From Isurus oxyrinchus (taxonomy: Eukaryota), in NCBI GenBank assembly GCA_026770705.1, contig JANJGN010000035.1, positions 8,308,001-8,372,000 on the forward strand: 64,000 nucleotides of DNA. Direction: 5' to 3'. Positions within the stretch are counted from its first letter, which is position 1. Each line of letters opens with the position of its first letter. The position numbers and the translations under genes were made by a program. A model generated the notes under the pieces. It saw only the letters and a list, made by a program, of their open reading frames with translations. It had not been told where the DNA came from and ran no database searches. Shown piece by piece: positions 40,310 through 51,109 of this stretch.

Positions 40310-40510
40310 AGCTCTGACAGCATCTATGGAGAGGAAGACAGAGTCAATGTTTCCATCCGTACGACTCTACACCAGAAAGAATCATACGGACTCGAAACTT
40401 TGACTCTGCCTTCGACTCCACGGATGCTCAATGAAATAGTGACTTTTTTCCGGCAATTTTTGCTTCCTTTCAGATTCCCTGCTTTCACAGTATTTTGCTT
40501 ATGTTTTAAA
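40310..40510. mobile_element. Short palindromic PLE-terminus element
   Basis: 40320-40368 and 40377-40427 are imperfect reverse complements, and both match the PLE terminal motif seen at 32825-32920, 57430-57540 and 59535-59630. Confidence 0.75.
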
Positions 40511-41134
40511 GAAATTATCAAGTATGTTAAGGAAGAACGAGTCATTTATCCAGAAATTACATTCCGAAGTTAGGCAACAACTGGAACTGAAGCAGTTTTA
40601 ATTGGGAATATCATTACTGCAACATAAGTCCATTCCTTGTTTCCTCATTTTCACGAGAACCACGTTGCATTTCAGATGCGGGTCTGGAGTAAATTTATGG
40701 ATGCAACAATGCTTATTCCGACAGGGAATTCAAGTCGAGCCGATTGCATTGCCATAATGCTAGAGCTTTTGACTGGCTCCAGGCGCCATCAGCGCTGCTG
40801 GATGCTTCAATCATATGAAAATATTTTACATGCTATCTGAAAGGGACCAGCAAGTTATTGTATTTACGCTGGTGACAATTCCTTCTGATTTTAGAACATT
40901 TCCAACCTTTGGTCTCCAACTGACGGCATTGTGTCCATTAAGCACCCTTCCCTACCCCTCTCCTCACCCCACCAAAAAGTAAATGCACACATCTCCACCC
41001 CCTTAGTACTCATGTTTCCAAATTACTCGACTGTCCGACATGCATAGTATGGAACTCCATGTCTACTCTATCCCAGGGCTGCACTGTTTCACGATCCACA
41101 TTCCAATTGTTTCATCTTTTTCAGCATCCACTAC

Positions 41135-41770
41135 GGTGGACGTAGTAGTGAAGTGCTAATGTCAGTGGGCTAGTAATCCCCAACGACAATAAAAGGTTTT
41201 CTGCACAAGTCTAAAGTCTTATTACGGCAGCGGGAGATTTGAAATTCAGTTAATAAATCTGGAATTGAACACAAACTTCAGTAATAGTTCAAATTTGGTT
41301 CACTAATACTCTTTAAGGAGGTAAATTTTTGGTGCCTAGCTATTGTGTCCTGCATGTAACTCCAGAGGAATAACAATACGGATTCTCTTGAAAAAAAAAC
41401 TCTCCAGAATGCTCAAGAATGCCACAACTTTCTACTGGCCTGAAACAAATTTGAAACAGAATGAAGTCCAATGGCCAAGCCGTAATAAAACTAGGCCCCG
41501 GAAGCGGAAAAGGGGGAACTCATTCCTGTCAATCCTAAAATGGTCTCTTTATTAACATCTGCGAGATTGTGCCAAAATTTGTCATCTCTCGCACTAGTTG
41601 CAAAAGCCAGACATCGTCATATTTGTTGAAGTATAGTCAACAGAAATGCCCGAGGGACAACCTTCATCGCCACATGGATAAGTCATTTCCTACTGGCAGG
41701 GCAGATGTAATAGTGATTGCCGCACAGGTTTATACAGTGGGGATGGAATGTCCCCGGGAATCATCACCTT
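41135..41770 (+). mobile_element. tRNA-like SINE-type head followed by the start of the family A LINE endonuclease
   Basis: Head with TAGTG..GCTAGTAATCC, TAAATCTGGAATT and GGTTCACTAAT..TTTAAGGAGG, then NI..LCQNL..PDIVI-like sequence (~41550-41630). Confidence 0.55.
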
Positions 41771-43719
41771 TGGCAGGGCACTGAAAGTTATTTGATTTGG
41801 AGATCTCCATGTCCATAGAAGGGGTGCATAGGTAAGACCATTGCTGACGAGAGGACTGAATACTAAAGTATATTTGTTGATGACTGAAAAAAGGCTGGTA
41901 GCGATATATTTGGACACGCTGATTGCTATTTTGTGGAAGTAAACAGTACCACCTGCTTCACTGCATCTGCACCTGTTTGTGAGAGAATGGAAGACAAAGC
42001 TCGACTTCGTTTTTACCAATATTCTAGTCAGAATTGCATATTCCGTGACCATATAAATCATGGTAACCAGTGCACATTTGTGGCGGAAAGAAGACCGAAA
42101 TGTTCACTGATGACACGTCAGCGTGTGCCCGGCTAGACAACCTCCCTACATGATATAGCTTATGAACATATAAATCAACTTAAAGCCGGGCACATCCAAC
42201 ACGCCAGAACTCCAGCAAAAACCATCTTCGATCTCGGAGAAGCTACAGTGCAAACAAATCCCTGAACCCTGGACCCGCATGGAACTGCCACAGCCACGTT
42301 CCCCTCTGACCTCCTAGCGAAACCTAAAACCCACCCAACGACAACATTAATGAATTGGAAAGCACCCACCAACCCACACGCACACACAAACTGTGACTCT
42401 CCGCCACCTACCACCAAACCCGGCCCCATGAAGAGCCCACATCACACCGGGCATTCCGGAGGCACGATCTCTCCACACCGCCGGACACCCCCACGACATT
42501 TGCGGGCCCCCAGGCACACAAACCTCAAATGAAGACCACTCACATTAGACACTGACCTCATCCCTGGCTTGTCAATTACATTGGCTCCTTAATTTCCCCT
42601 GTTTTACTGCAGCAAGTACTATGAAAAAAAAAGCGGAGCATGGCCCTTTGAATCCTCCATGGCTACTCTGTTGTAGCTAAGCTTTGCTCGTGCCTCAAGT
42701 CGCCTTTTGATGCAGGTCCCAAGCAGCTCCGCCGAATTGATGTCAGTGTTATTTAACAGTGCAGTTAAGTCTGGTTTTCAGTCTTCTAAATTCGACAGAC
42801 CAGCACTTCCCTACGGTATTTGGAACTTTCGGTCCAAGATTGCACTGGAAACAAAGAAAATCCCTTCCTCGAGGATCGTACAAGTAATAAAAGAAGGGTG
42901 GTTTGTGCAATATATGACAATTACGCATTTTCTTACAATTCTGTGAGTAGCTTACATCATTGTTTGCAACTCAATGAGTTTGAAGAGCTAAAGAGCATGA
43001 TATCAAGCAGTATGCTATTGAAAGAGAAAAGTTCGAAAAATGAAAATGTCGAAACTCCTCCAATTATCAAACTGCGAGACTGAGGGCAGGAAGTAATTTT
43101 AAAAAAAGTACAGCATATCATTCTGAGTTAGAGGACACGAAGGCATATTGCTGGAAATTAAAATCAAATATCTTAGCATGTTTTGTAATGTGTGGGATGT
43201 CTTCAGATAATGAAGAGCAAGTGGAGGCGGCTGTAGATAGTCAGCAGCATTGTCTCGCTCAAATCGTCCGGTCAATGGATCATCAGTATTGTGGCATGAG
43301 TTGGAAGATGTGTTTCATTACCCTACAGAAGCCTTAACACACATACGTGCACTGTTATGCAGGACTTAACTCCATGCTTACCCTGAGAATGTTGAGCTGT
43401 TTAATGCATGTTGTAACTCCATCGTTAGAAAGGTATCTTGACTTTCACAACAACCGATAATGCCAAATAACTCCCGACTACGCAATCGATCCGCTACACC
43501 CTGACAACACGCTTAACTGCCCAACATTAATGTTACATGCCACCCTAGCAGGCCCAAGGACACTCATAGTCCCATAACTATACTATCCCCTCCTCAAATA
43601 TCCGACCAGCTACACATCTCATCATACTCTCTCAATCAGCGATTCACTTATTCAGTCACTGCAGCGCCTCAAGAAATGTTTGGAATAGTTTCCTTCAGTC
43701 TGCATCATGGCGAAGCAGT

Positions 43720-46700
43720 CACTTTACAAATTGATGTCAGCAAAAGGGGAAAATTAATTGGTGAGTAGTGTCTAAGATTTTCTTCTACACAATCTTCTGG
43801 AGTATTTATCCAGTATAAACTATATTAAACTAAGGAAATTTAAGGGTTCTAGTTTTTATTTAAATTACATAAATAATTTAACTTTTTTCTAACCGTGTCT
43901 CACTTCAATAAAGTTTTTTTTTCAAATAGACGAATGGCGGGGCAGCTCAGCCCCGTCTTATGCATCGCCTGGAACACATGGAAAGTCAAAGATGTTCTCT
44001 GCGTTCTGACCAACCACATGTGTAGGAACTGCCACCAGCTTCATTTACTTGAGCACGGATTTTCGGAGATTCACCGGCAACTAGAGGCAAAGAGGTGCAT
44101 CCACTTGTTCAAGAGTTCATGGATAGAACATTTATAGACATACACACCCCACAACTTATGGAAGTGCAAACAGAGAGGTGACCATCAGTCAGAACAAAGC
44201 TGACTGGCAGGTAGTCAGGAAATCTCCATGATAAAACTTGCTCGAGAAGCTTTTTTACGTCTTGGAAAATGGTGAGAGTGCCTGCACTGCTGTGGGGAGT
44301 GCAGCCATGCTCATGGCTCTGTGAATAGCTCAGAGGCACACTGTGGGAGGCGGGGGAGGCAACGAGGGGAACATCCCATTTACTAGGCGACTGAATAGAT
44401 AGTGGGACGGACGGCGGTTTCTGCAGCAATAGGCTTGTCTCCAGGAAGGTTTGCTGCCTCCTTCATACTACGGTCAAGGATATCACTGAACAGCTGCAGG
44501 GCATTTTATACAGGGAGGGCTACTAGGCAGAGATTGTGGTACACGTTTGTACAATCAACATAGATAGAAAGGGGAATGATGTACTGCAAGCATTATTTTT
44601 TTTTGGAAGCAAGGAAATAGATTGAAATATAGAACCATACGCTAGTGATTATTATAATAGAAAGTTATTCCAGATTACCAGGTAGGTGAAGTGATGTTGC
44701 AGGCTTGTGATTTAAGGGACATTAGGGCTATTCTTGAGTGTGTTGGGACCTGTACAAGGTTGACGAGATGTACCTGAATCTGAATGGGAACCAAAGTCTT
44801 TGTTTTATGATAAAGCTGTTGGGCAGTGTTGATCCGAACTTGGCAGAAGAATGTGGTCTTCAGAAGATGTTCAGCAGGGGAATTTCGATAGCCAGAATTA
44901 GAAGGGAGAGCAAGTGAGTCTGGAAGACGTATGAATTAGAGGTATGTGTTAGTTTGGCAAGGCTGGACGCTTTTTTTTTTTAATGCAAGGAGCCTGAAAA
45001 ATAAGGTAGATGATATAAGGGCATAAAATATCACGCAGTAGTGTGATGGCATTACTGTAACAGAGACATGGTTGAGAGAGGGGCAGGATTGGCAGCTCAA
45101 TAATCCAGGATACAGGGTCATCAATCGAGACAGGGAAGGAGGGGAAAAATATGGGCATCTCAACATTGATCAGGAAATCAATAACGGCAATAAGGTGTGA
45201 TAACTTCCTAGTGGCTCCTCATATTAAGCCATATGGGTTGAGCTGAAAAACAAAAAAAGAAACAATCATATTGCTAGGAAAGTAATATAAACCCACAAGA
45301 GGTCACAGAGAAATAATATAGCAGATATGATGGCATATTTCACGGAAGTGTAAAATTAACAGCGTACTAAAAGTGTCAGATTGCAACACTCCCAACGTTA
45401 TCTTGGTTAGTCATATTTAAGATGTGTTTAGAGGATGTTGAAATCTTGAAATGCATCGACAGAAGCTCTTTAAGACACTACGTAGAATGTCCTACGAGAG
45501 AGGGAACAGGCCCAGAATTAGTTTATGAAAGCAAAGCCAGGCAAAATTTATAGCAATCAATGGGGGAGGATTTTGCAGATATTGACCATAACTCCATTAG
45601 ATTCAACGTTGCTATGTAAAAGAAAAATAATGGGCCGGAAATCAGAATTATACGTTCGGTGAACATCGCTTTTCATAGCAACATATATGATTTGGCCAGA
45701 GTGGACTGGGCGCAGCTACTTTTAGGTAAATCTGTATCGGACAGAGGGACTCAATGGAGAAGGAAATAGGGAGCGTAGAGGGCAAGATATTCCACTAAAG
45801 ACAAAGGGGTGGTTCAACACATCCTTGGAACCCTGGTTGTCAAATGAATTGGATAAATATACAAAAGGATGCTTATAGCATGCACAGAGGCATCAATGCA
45901 ATGTGAGCACTATTGGAATATAGCATGTGTAGGGGGGACCAAAAAACGAAATCACAAGAAAGAAAAGGAGCATGAAAAACATTGACAGTTAACATAAAGG
46001 AAAACCCTAAGTTATTTTACAAGCATATTAAGATTCAGACGCTAACTAGGAGAAGCGTAGGACAATAATGGTGATTTGTGCGTAGAACCAGAAGAGATAG
46101 GTCGGGTTGTAAATGAATGTTTTGTCTCCGTGTTTACAAGTGAGAAGTGTGACATGGGTTTGGAAATCAGGCAGAGGGATTCTAACTTGGCTGAACAAAA
46201 TATCATAGAAAGGACGATGTCCTAATTGGCCTGGCAGGTTGAAAATTGATAAATCTCCAGGCCCAAACCTAATGTATAACAGACTGATGATTAGTGGACA
46301 TAACAAAATCAGACTGACAAAGTGTTGCGAACAGCTGGATACAAATGGAATATTTATGCTTCCAGGCAGAAAGTAAGGAATTAGTAACAATTACCGATGT
46401 CAGCGGCACTCTAAGCAGATGACAAAACAAAGGAAAGCATGTTTTAAAACAAATGGGTCTGCTGCACTGTTGATGATAACATAGAGATGCGAGCAATGTT
46501 ATGTGTTATTCAATGTAAATTGAAACATCAGCGTGATAAGGGTATTGTTCGTTGCAGAAACTAACTAGACACTGTCCCTGCAAATTAAAAAGACAAAGAC
46601 CGCTTTGATAGTAGTAATAGTAGTAATAATAATGATTATAATAATATTAATAATAATAATAATAACCATAATATGAAAAAGAGCACAACGACGAAGACCA

Positions 46701-47010
46701 AGAACAATTAAACTTCGAGGAGGGAAAGATTTTAGCTGAGGGGTTGGAGGTTTAGAAGGGCTATGAGGATATTTTTTTTTTCATCCAGGGTATGTTAGGC
46801 ATCTGGAATTCACTGCCTGAAAGGGTGGTGCAGGGAGAGACACTCGTAACATGGAAGAAACATGTTAATGTTCACGTGTGACGTCATGGCATATTAGGCT
46901 TTGGGACTAGTGCTTAAAAATTGGATTAGTATAGTTAGGCATTTGATTGACCGGGGCAGTTTCGATTGTCCCAAGTGCCTTTATTTGTTTTATGGATCTT
47001 TATGAATCTA
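43720..47010 (+). mobile_element. CR1 LINE: ORF1, endonuclease and 3' end, with the RT core missing and replaced by a local duplication
   Basis: ORF1 zinc-finger region MAGQLSPVLC..HMCRNCHQL (43933) and esterase region; ORF2 VTETWLREGQDWQLNNPGYR-like (~45058); breaks after KIDKSPGPN (~46268); CR1 C-terminus and 3' UTR resume at ~46705-47010. Confidence 0.85.
46284..46704 (+). repeat. Direct duplicate (copy) of 47997-48416
   Basis: Near-identical by eye, with about five substitutions and one indel before the (AAT/TAG)n tract. ORFs 46269- and 47988- translate almost identically. Confidence 0.95.
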
Positions 47011-47996
47011 TGGCAAACCACGAGATTCTCAATGGATGGACAATAAGTTCTGGCCTGGATGCGCACATCCCATGAACGAACAAAAATAAACCTCCCCCTC
47101 CATTCACTCACCCAATCTCCCATTCACTTACCCATGCGATCAGCAGTTTGCTCTCACATTCAGTCACCAAGTCACCCATTGCAGCCATTTTCTCACCCAC
47201 AGCCAAACACACATCCATTCGCCCATTTGTTCAACAAATCAGCCGCCCAATTACTTTCCAATTATTATTAGCTAAGACAACTGTAACCGTAAAAAACTAA
47301 CCAGAATATCAAAGGCACTGTTGGAAAAAGTGGGCTCTGCACCCCTGAAAATCCTACGATCGTTGAACATAATTTGGCTGGTTGACCTAATAGATCTCTT
47401 TTTCCTTCTGGATATGAAAATACAGCTGAAATTGTTTAGTTATTTTGGTTCGGGGAAACCTTTGCGGACACTGGTAATGTGGCCAGCATTGCTACTATTT
47501 GGAAGTTTTTGGTCATATTATTGCATGTGCTGAGGAGGCGTAACCAAGGTATAATAAATAAAGTAATTATTTTTTAAAGACATCTGCATTTTCTTCCGAT
47601 AATGTTGTAAAGCAAACTAGTTTTTTTTTCTCAGATTCGTGGTAGCTTAATTGCTTATTGAGGTGGGTAATTTTATTTTCTCTCAGAAGTTTCTGCTTGA
47701 ACATGTATCGTATTAAACAATGCATTGTCCTCCATTGTTTAATTGCAGAATAACATTTGTATGATTTTCAGGTTTATAAATCTTGGGATTAAATAATGTT
47801 TTATTTTCCTTTAGCAAATAGGAGAGTAGTTGCTCTCTCCAATGTTATCTGAAAATTCCAGTGAAAATGTTGGAAGTGAAAATGTAACGATGGACATCAA
47901 TTTCAGTGAAAAACGATACAACATTCTTCAGTGCTTTTGCGAAAATTACTGTCTAGCTTAGAAAAAACGCGCTCAAAGAATCAAAAGCTAAAACAG

Positions 47997-48416
47997 CTGA
48001 TGATTAGTGGACATAACAAAATCAGACTGACAAAGTGTTGCGAACAGCTGGATACAAATTGAATATTTATGCTTCCAGGCAGAAAGTAAGGAATTTGTAA
48101 CAATTACCGATGTCAGCGGCACTCTAAGCAGATGACAAAACAAAGGAAAGCATGTTTTAAAACAAATGGGTCTGCCGCACTGTTGATGATAACATAGAGA
48201 TGCGAGCAATGTTATGTGTTATTCAATGTAAATTGTAATATCAGCGTGATAAGGGTATTGTTCGTTGCAGAAACTAACTAGACACTGTCCCTGCAAATTA
48301 AAAAGACAAAGACCGCTTTGATAGTAGTAGTAATAGTAGTAATAATAATATTATAATATTAGTAATAATAATAATAACCATAATATGAAAAAGAGCACAA
48401 CGAAGAAGAACAAGAA
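47997..48416 (+). repeat. Direct duplicate (probable source) of 46284-46704, containing a (TAG/AAT)n tract
   Basis: Same match as above; this copy is continuous with non-TE flanks on both sides. Confidence 0.95.
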
Positions 48417-50099
48417 GATCGACAGCAAGAAGAATAACAAGAAGAAAATAAAAATCCATTAATATCTGAGAACAAGTAAGATCAGATGTTTCGACTGATA
48501 CTGGATCTCACTCGAAGGAATGTCCTTCAGCAGTTTTGGAAGTTTTTCCTGAAACGAAGGCCGACATGCATACACAAAATGATATGGTGTTGAACCATTG
48601 TCATTTGGCACCAAGATTAAACATGTTGACTATCTGGTCAGAAATGCGGCCATCTTATTGCATTAAAACAATGGCACAGACATGGAAGAGAACCCAGAAA
48701 AAGAGAATGACAAAGCGGTGTTTTATTCCGAAGTGAAAATAAAAGCAATTGCTGAATAGATTTTGCGGAAAGCATTTAGAAGTTGTGTCGCCTTGGTTTC
48801 CAACAGACGTCTGCTGGAGCAGGGGATCAGTGGGATTGGCAGAGGTCTGCAATGTCCTTCCTGATAGGACATTGTTAAGTTATGAATCTGCACCATGTAC
48901 ACAAATGATTTTCTGCTTTGTAAAATGACGTGACACCAAAAGTCCTAAAACCAATCGTTGCTTGCAACTCTCTTTATATATGCCAGGCTTTCTTGAATGG
49001 TTGTTTTTAAACTTTATATTTTCAGATAAGGTGGTGTTTAGTGTCTGAAAGTGTCATTTGTCTTCACACGCGTTCTACGGATCGATAACTACATTTGGGT
49101 TGTAGATCAGATCAGTGTCAAATGTCTGATTCATTTTCTGAGCTTAAGATGTCCACCGTTGCTCTTAAAGCTGGCGGTCTGATACTGGAAATAGCAAAGT
49201 TTGTTTGATGCTGTTTCAATTTATTACTACAAAGACAGCTTAATACATGAAATTATGTTGTCTGATCCATTGATCCGCTAATAGGGAATTAAGATTCATG
49301 AAATTATCGGTCCCTCGGAGGATCAGAACAACGTGGACCTACGTTTCTGGATTTGGAACTCAGTTCGATTGAATGTTTGACGCCCACAAAACAATCCCTT
49401 TCCCACCCGTAATTACCTTGAATGAATTGACGTGACAACTAACGCTCCATTACAATCGTCAGAGTGAAAGCAATAAAGCCAGATACATTTCAGTGAAGGC
49501 CATTTGAGATAGAACTACCTTGTGAGAAGAGGGGAGAAAACTTCGCAATTTTGTACTATTGTGGCAGGTGATCAACTTTAAGTTTCTTGGGGTCAATACC
49601 GAGGTTGAGGATTCATTGCAGTGCTTAGTAAATGATGTCCAGGAACATTAAAGACTAACTTCTCCTTCCATATGTGCAATGGGATCATTTCAATCCAGCT
49701 AAGAAGGTGACCCTATCTTTAAGCTGAAATACTATCACGAAGGTAGTGCTTCAATCGTAGCAGCGTTGGTTTCATAATGCAGAGGCGAGTCGACAAACTA
49801 TACCTACATTTCCATTTTTTATTCTGTATTATATTCAGTGGGCTATTCCAGTTGGCTGCAATGAAAGCGTTGCCAGCATCTCTAGACTGAATATACGTAA
49901 ACAACTGTTATAATCTGAAATGTTTGAACTCAGATTTCAGCAGATCAAAATATGAGCTCCTCCCACTGGAGGGTCAATTGAGCTTCATTGGCCTTACTGG
50001 CAGAGGAAAGATGAGATAGCGTTTGAAAGGGACAGTGGAGAGAAAAAAATGGCAATGGGGCAGGGACTCAGTGTCGACCCTGTTTGCTGAGAAACCGCA

Positions 50100-51109
50100 T
50101 ATGTTCAGATCACCATTTATGTGGTTGCTGAACTAATTTCTAGGAGACAGTAGCCCTCATGTCTCGAATCCACTCGGGATTACAGCTGGGCATACAGCTT
50201 ACATAAGACTGTTGTCCTCGCCGCATCCTGGGATCCACAATGAGTGCCAAATAACGCCAAATGTACAACATGGATCTTTCTCCAGCCTCACCGATTCACC
50301 CAATTTCAAAGTAGTACTTTTCCCGAGTTTGCTTTCATTCGGCGTCCCCTCAACACCTTAACAAGAAGCTTTTCCTCTCCTTATGTTTAGGAACACAAAC
50401 TGCAATGACATAGTGATGCGAACGTACATCGTGTCCTCCTCCACATCCCATACTTCTGATCTATCCCTTCTTCTAACTCAGGTCCTGCTGTGTATTCACC
50501 AAAGACTGTCAATTCCCCACTCTGATAACGAAAGTTATGTTATGAGCAAATGATTCAGTTTCTCAATCTTATGTACTCATCTCAATGAAATTCGGTTTCT
50601 GCATGGTGCTGAACTACTCCCCTGTCGAATTCATTCCCATTCTTATTTTTTTAGGCAGGAGTCTTGTCCGCATTCAATGGAACGTTTCATCTGATCGACC
50701 ATTCTCCCTTATCTGGACGCCTGCCTCCGACCTCTTATATGCATTTATTATTTTCACTGAGAATAGTGGGTGTGACGTCTGCCACCATAATTTATTTGCT
50801 CATCTCACACCCTCCAAACTTTTCCTTCTGAACTTGCTGCACTCCGCTTCCTCAGGCCTAGCCGCAACTTTATTGTAATAACGTCTAAAGGTCATAAGGG
50901 ACTACTTGTTGTTGACTGGCATGCTGATATGAACCTCGCAAAGGCTGAGTGAAAAATATCTAACACATCTTCCGGCACCAACCCCCCCAACAGCATCCCC
51001 ACCCCGCCACCCCAGCCAGGAATGTGACCCCACCAACGAACATCAGGACATAGATTACAGGGCTTTCACTGGCCTGACCTACTCTGGAGATCTTTCCTCC
51101 ACAGCTTCT
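50100..51109 (+). mobile_element. Penelope-like element, N-terminal part (split by CR1 insertion)
   Basis: VFT..PHSDNESYVMSK*FSF..HLNEIRFLHGAEL (~50490-50615) is the PLE L.KGL.F motif region; ends SGDLSSTAS at 51109. Confidence 0.8.

Noticed and set aside
46605-46675. Short-period repeats as a CRISPR-like or satellite array
   Set aside because: A simple (TAG/AAT)n microsatellite with no repeat-spacer structure, in eukaryotic context.
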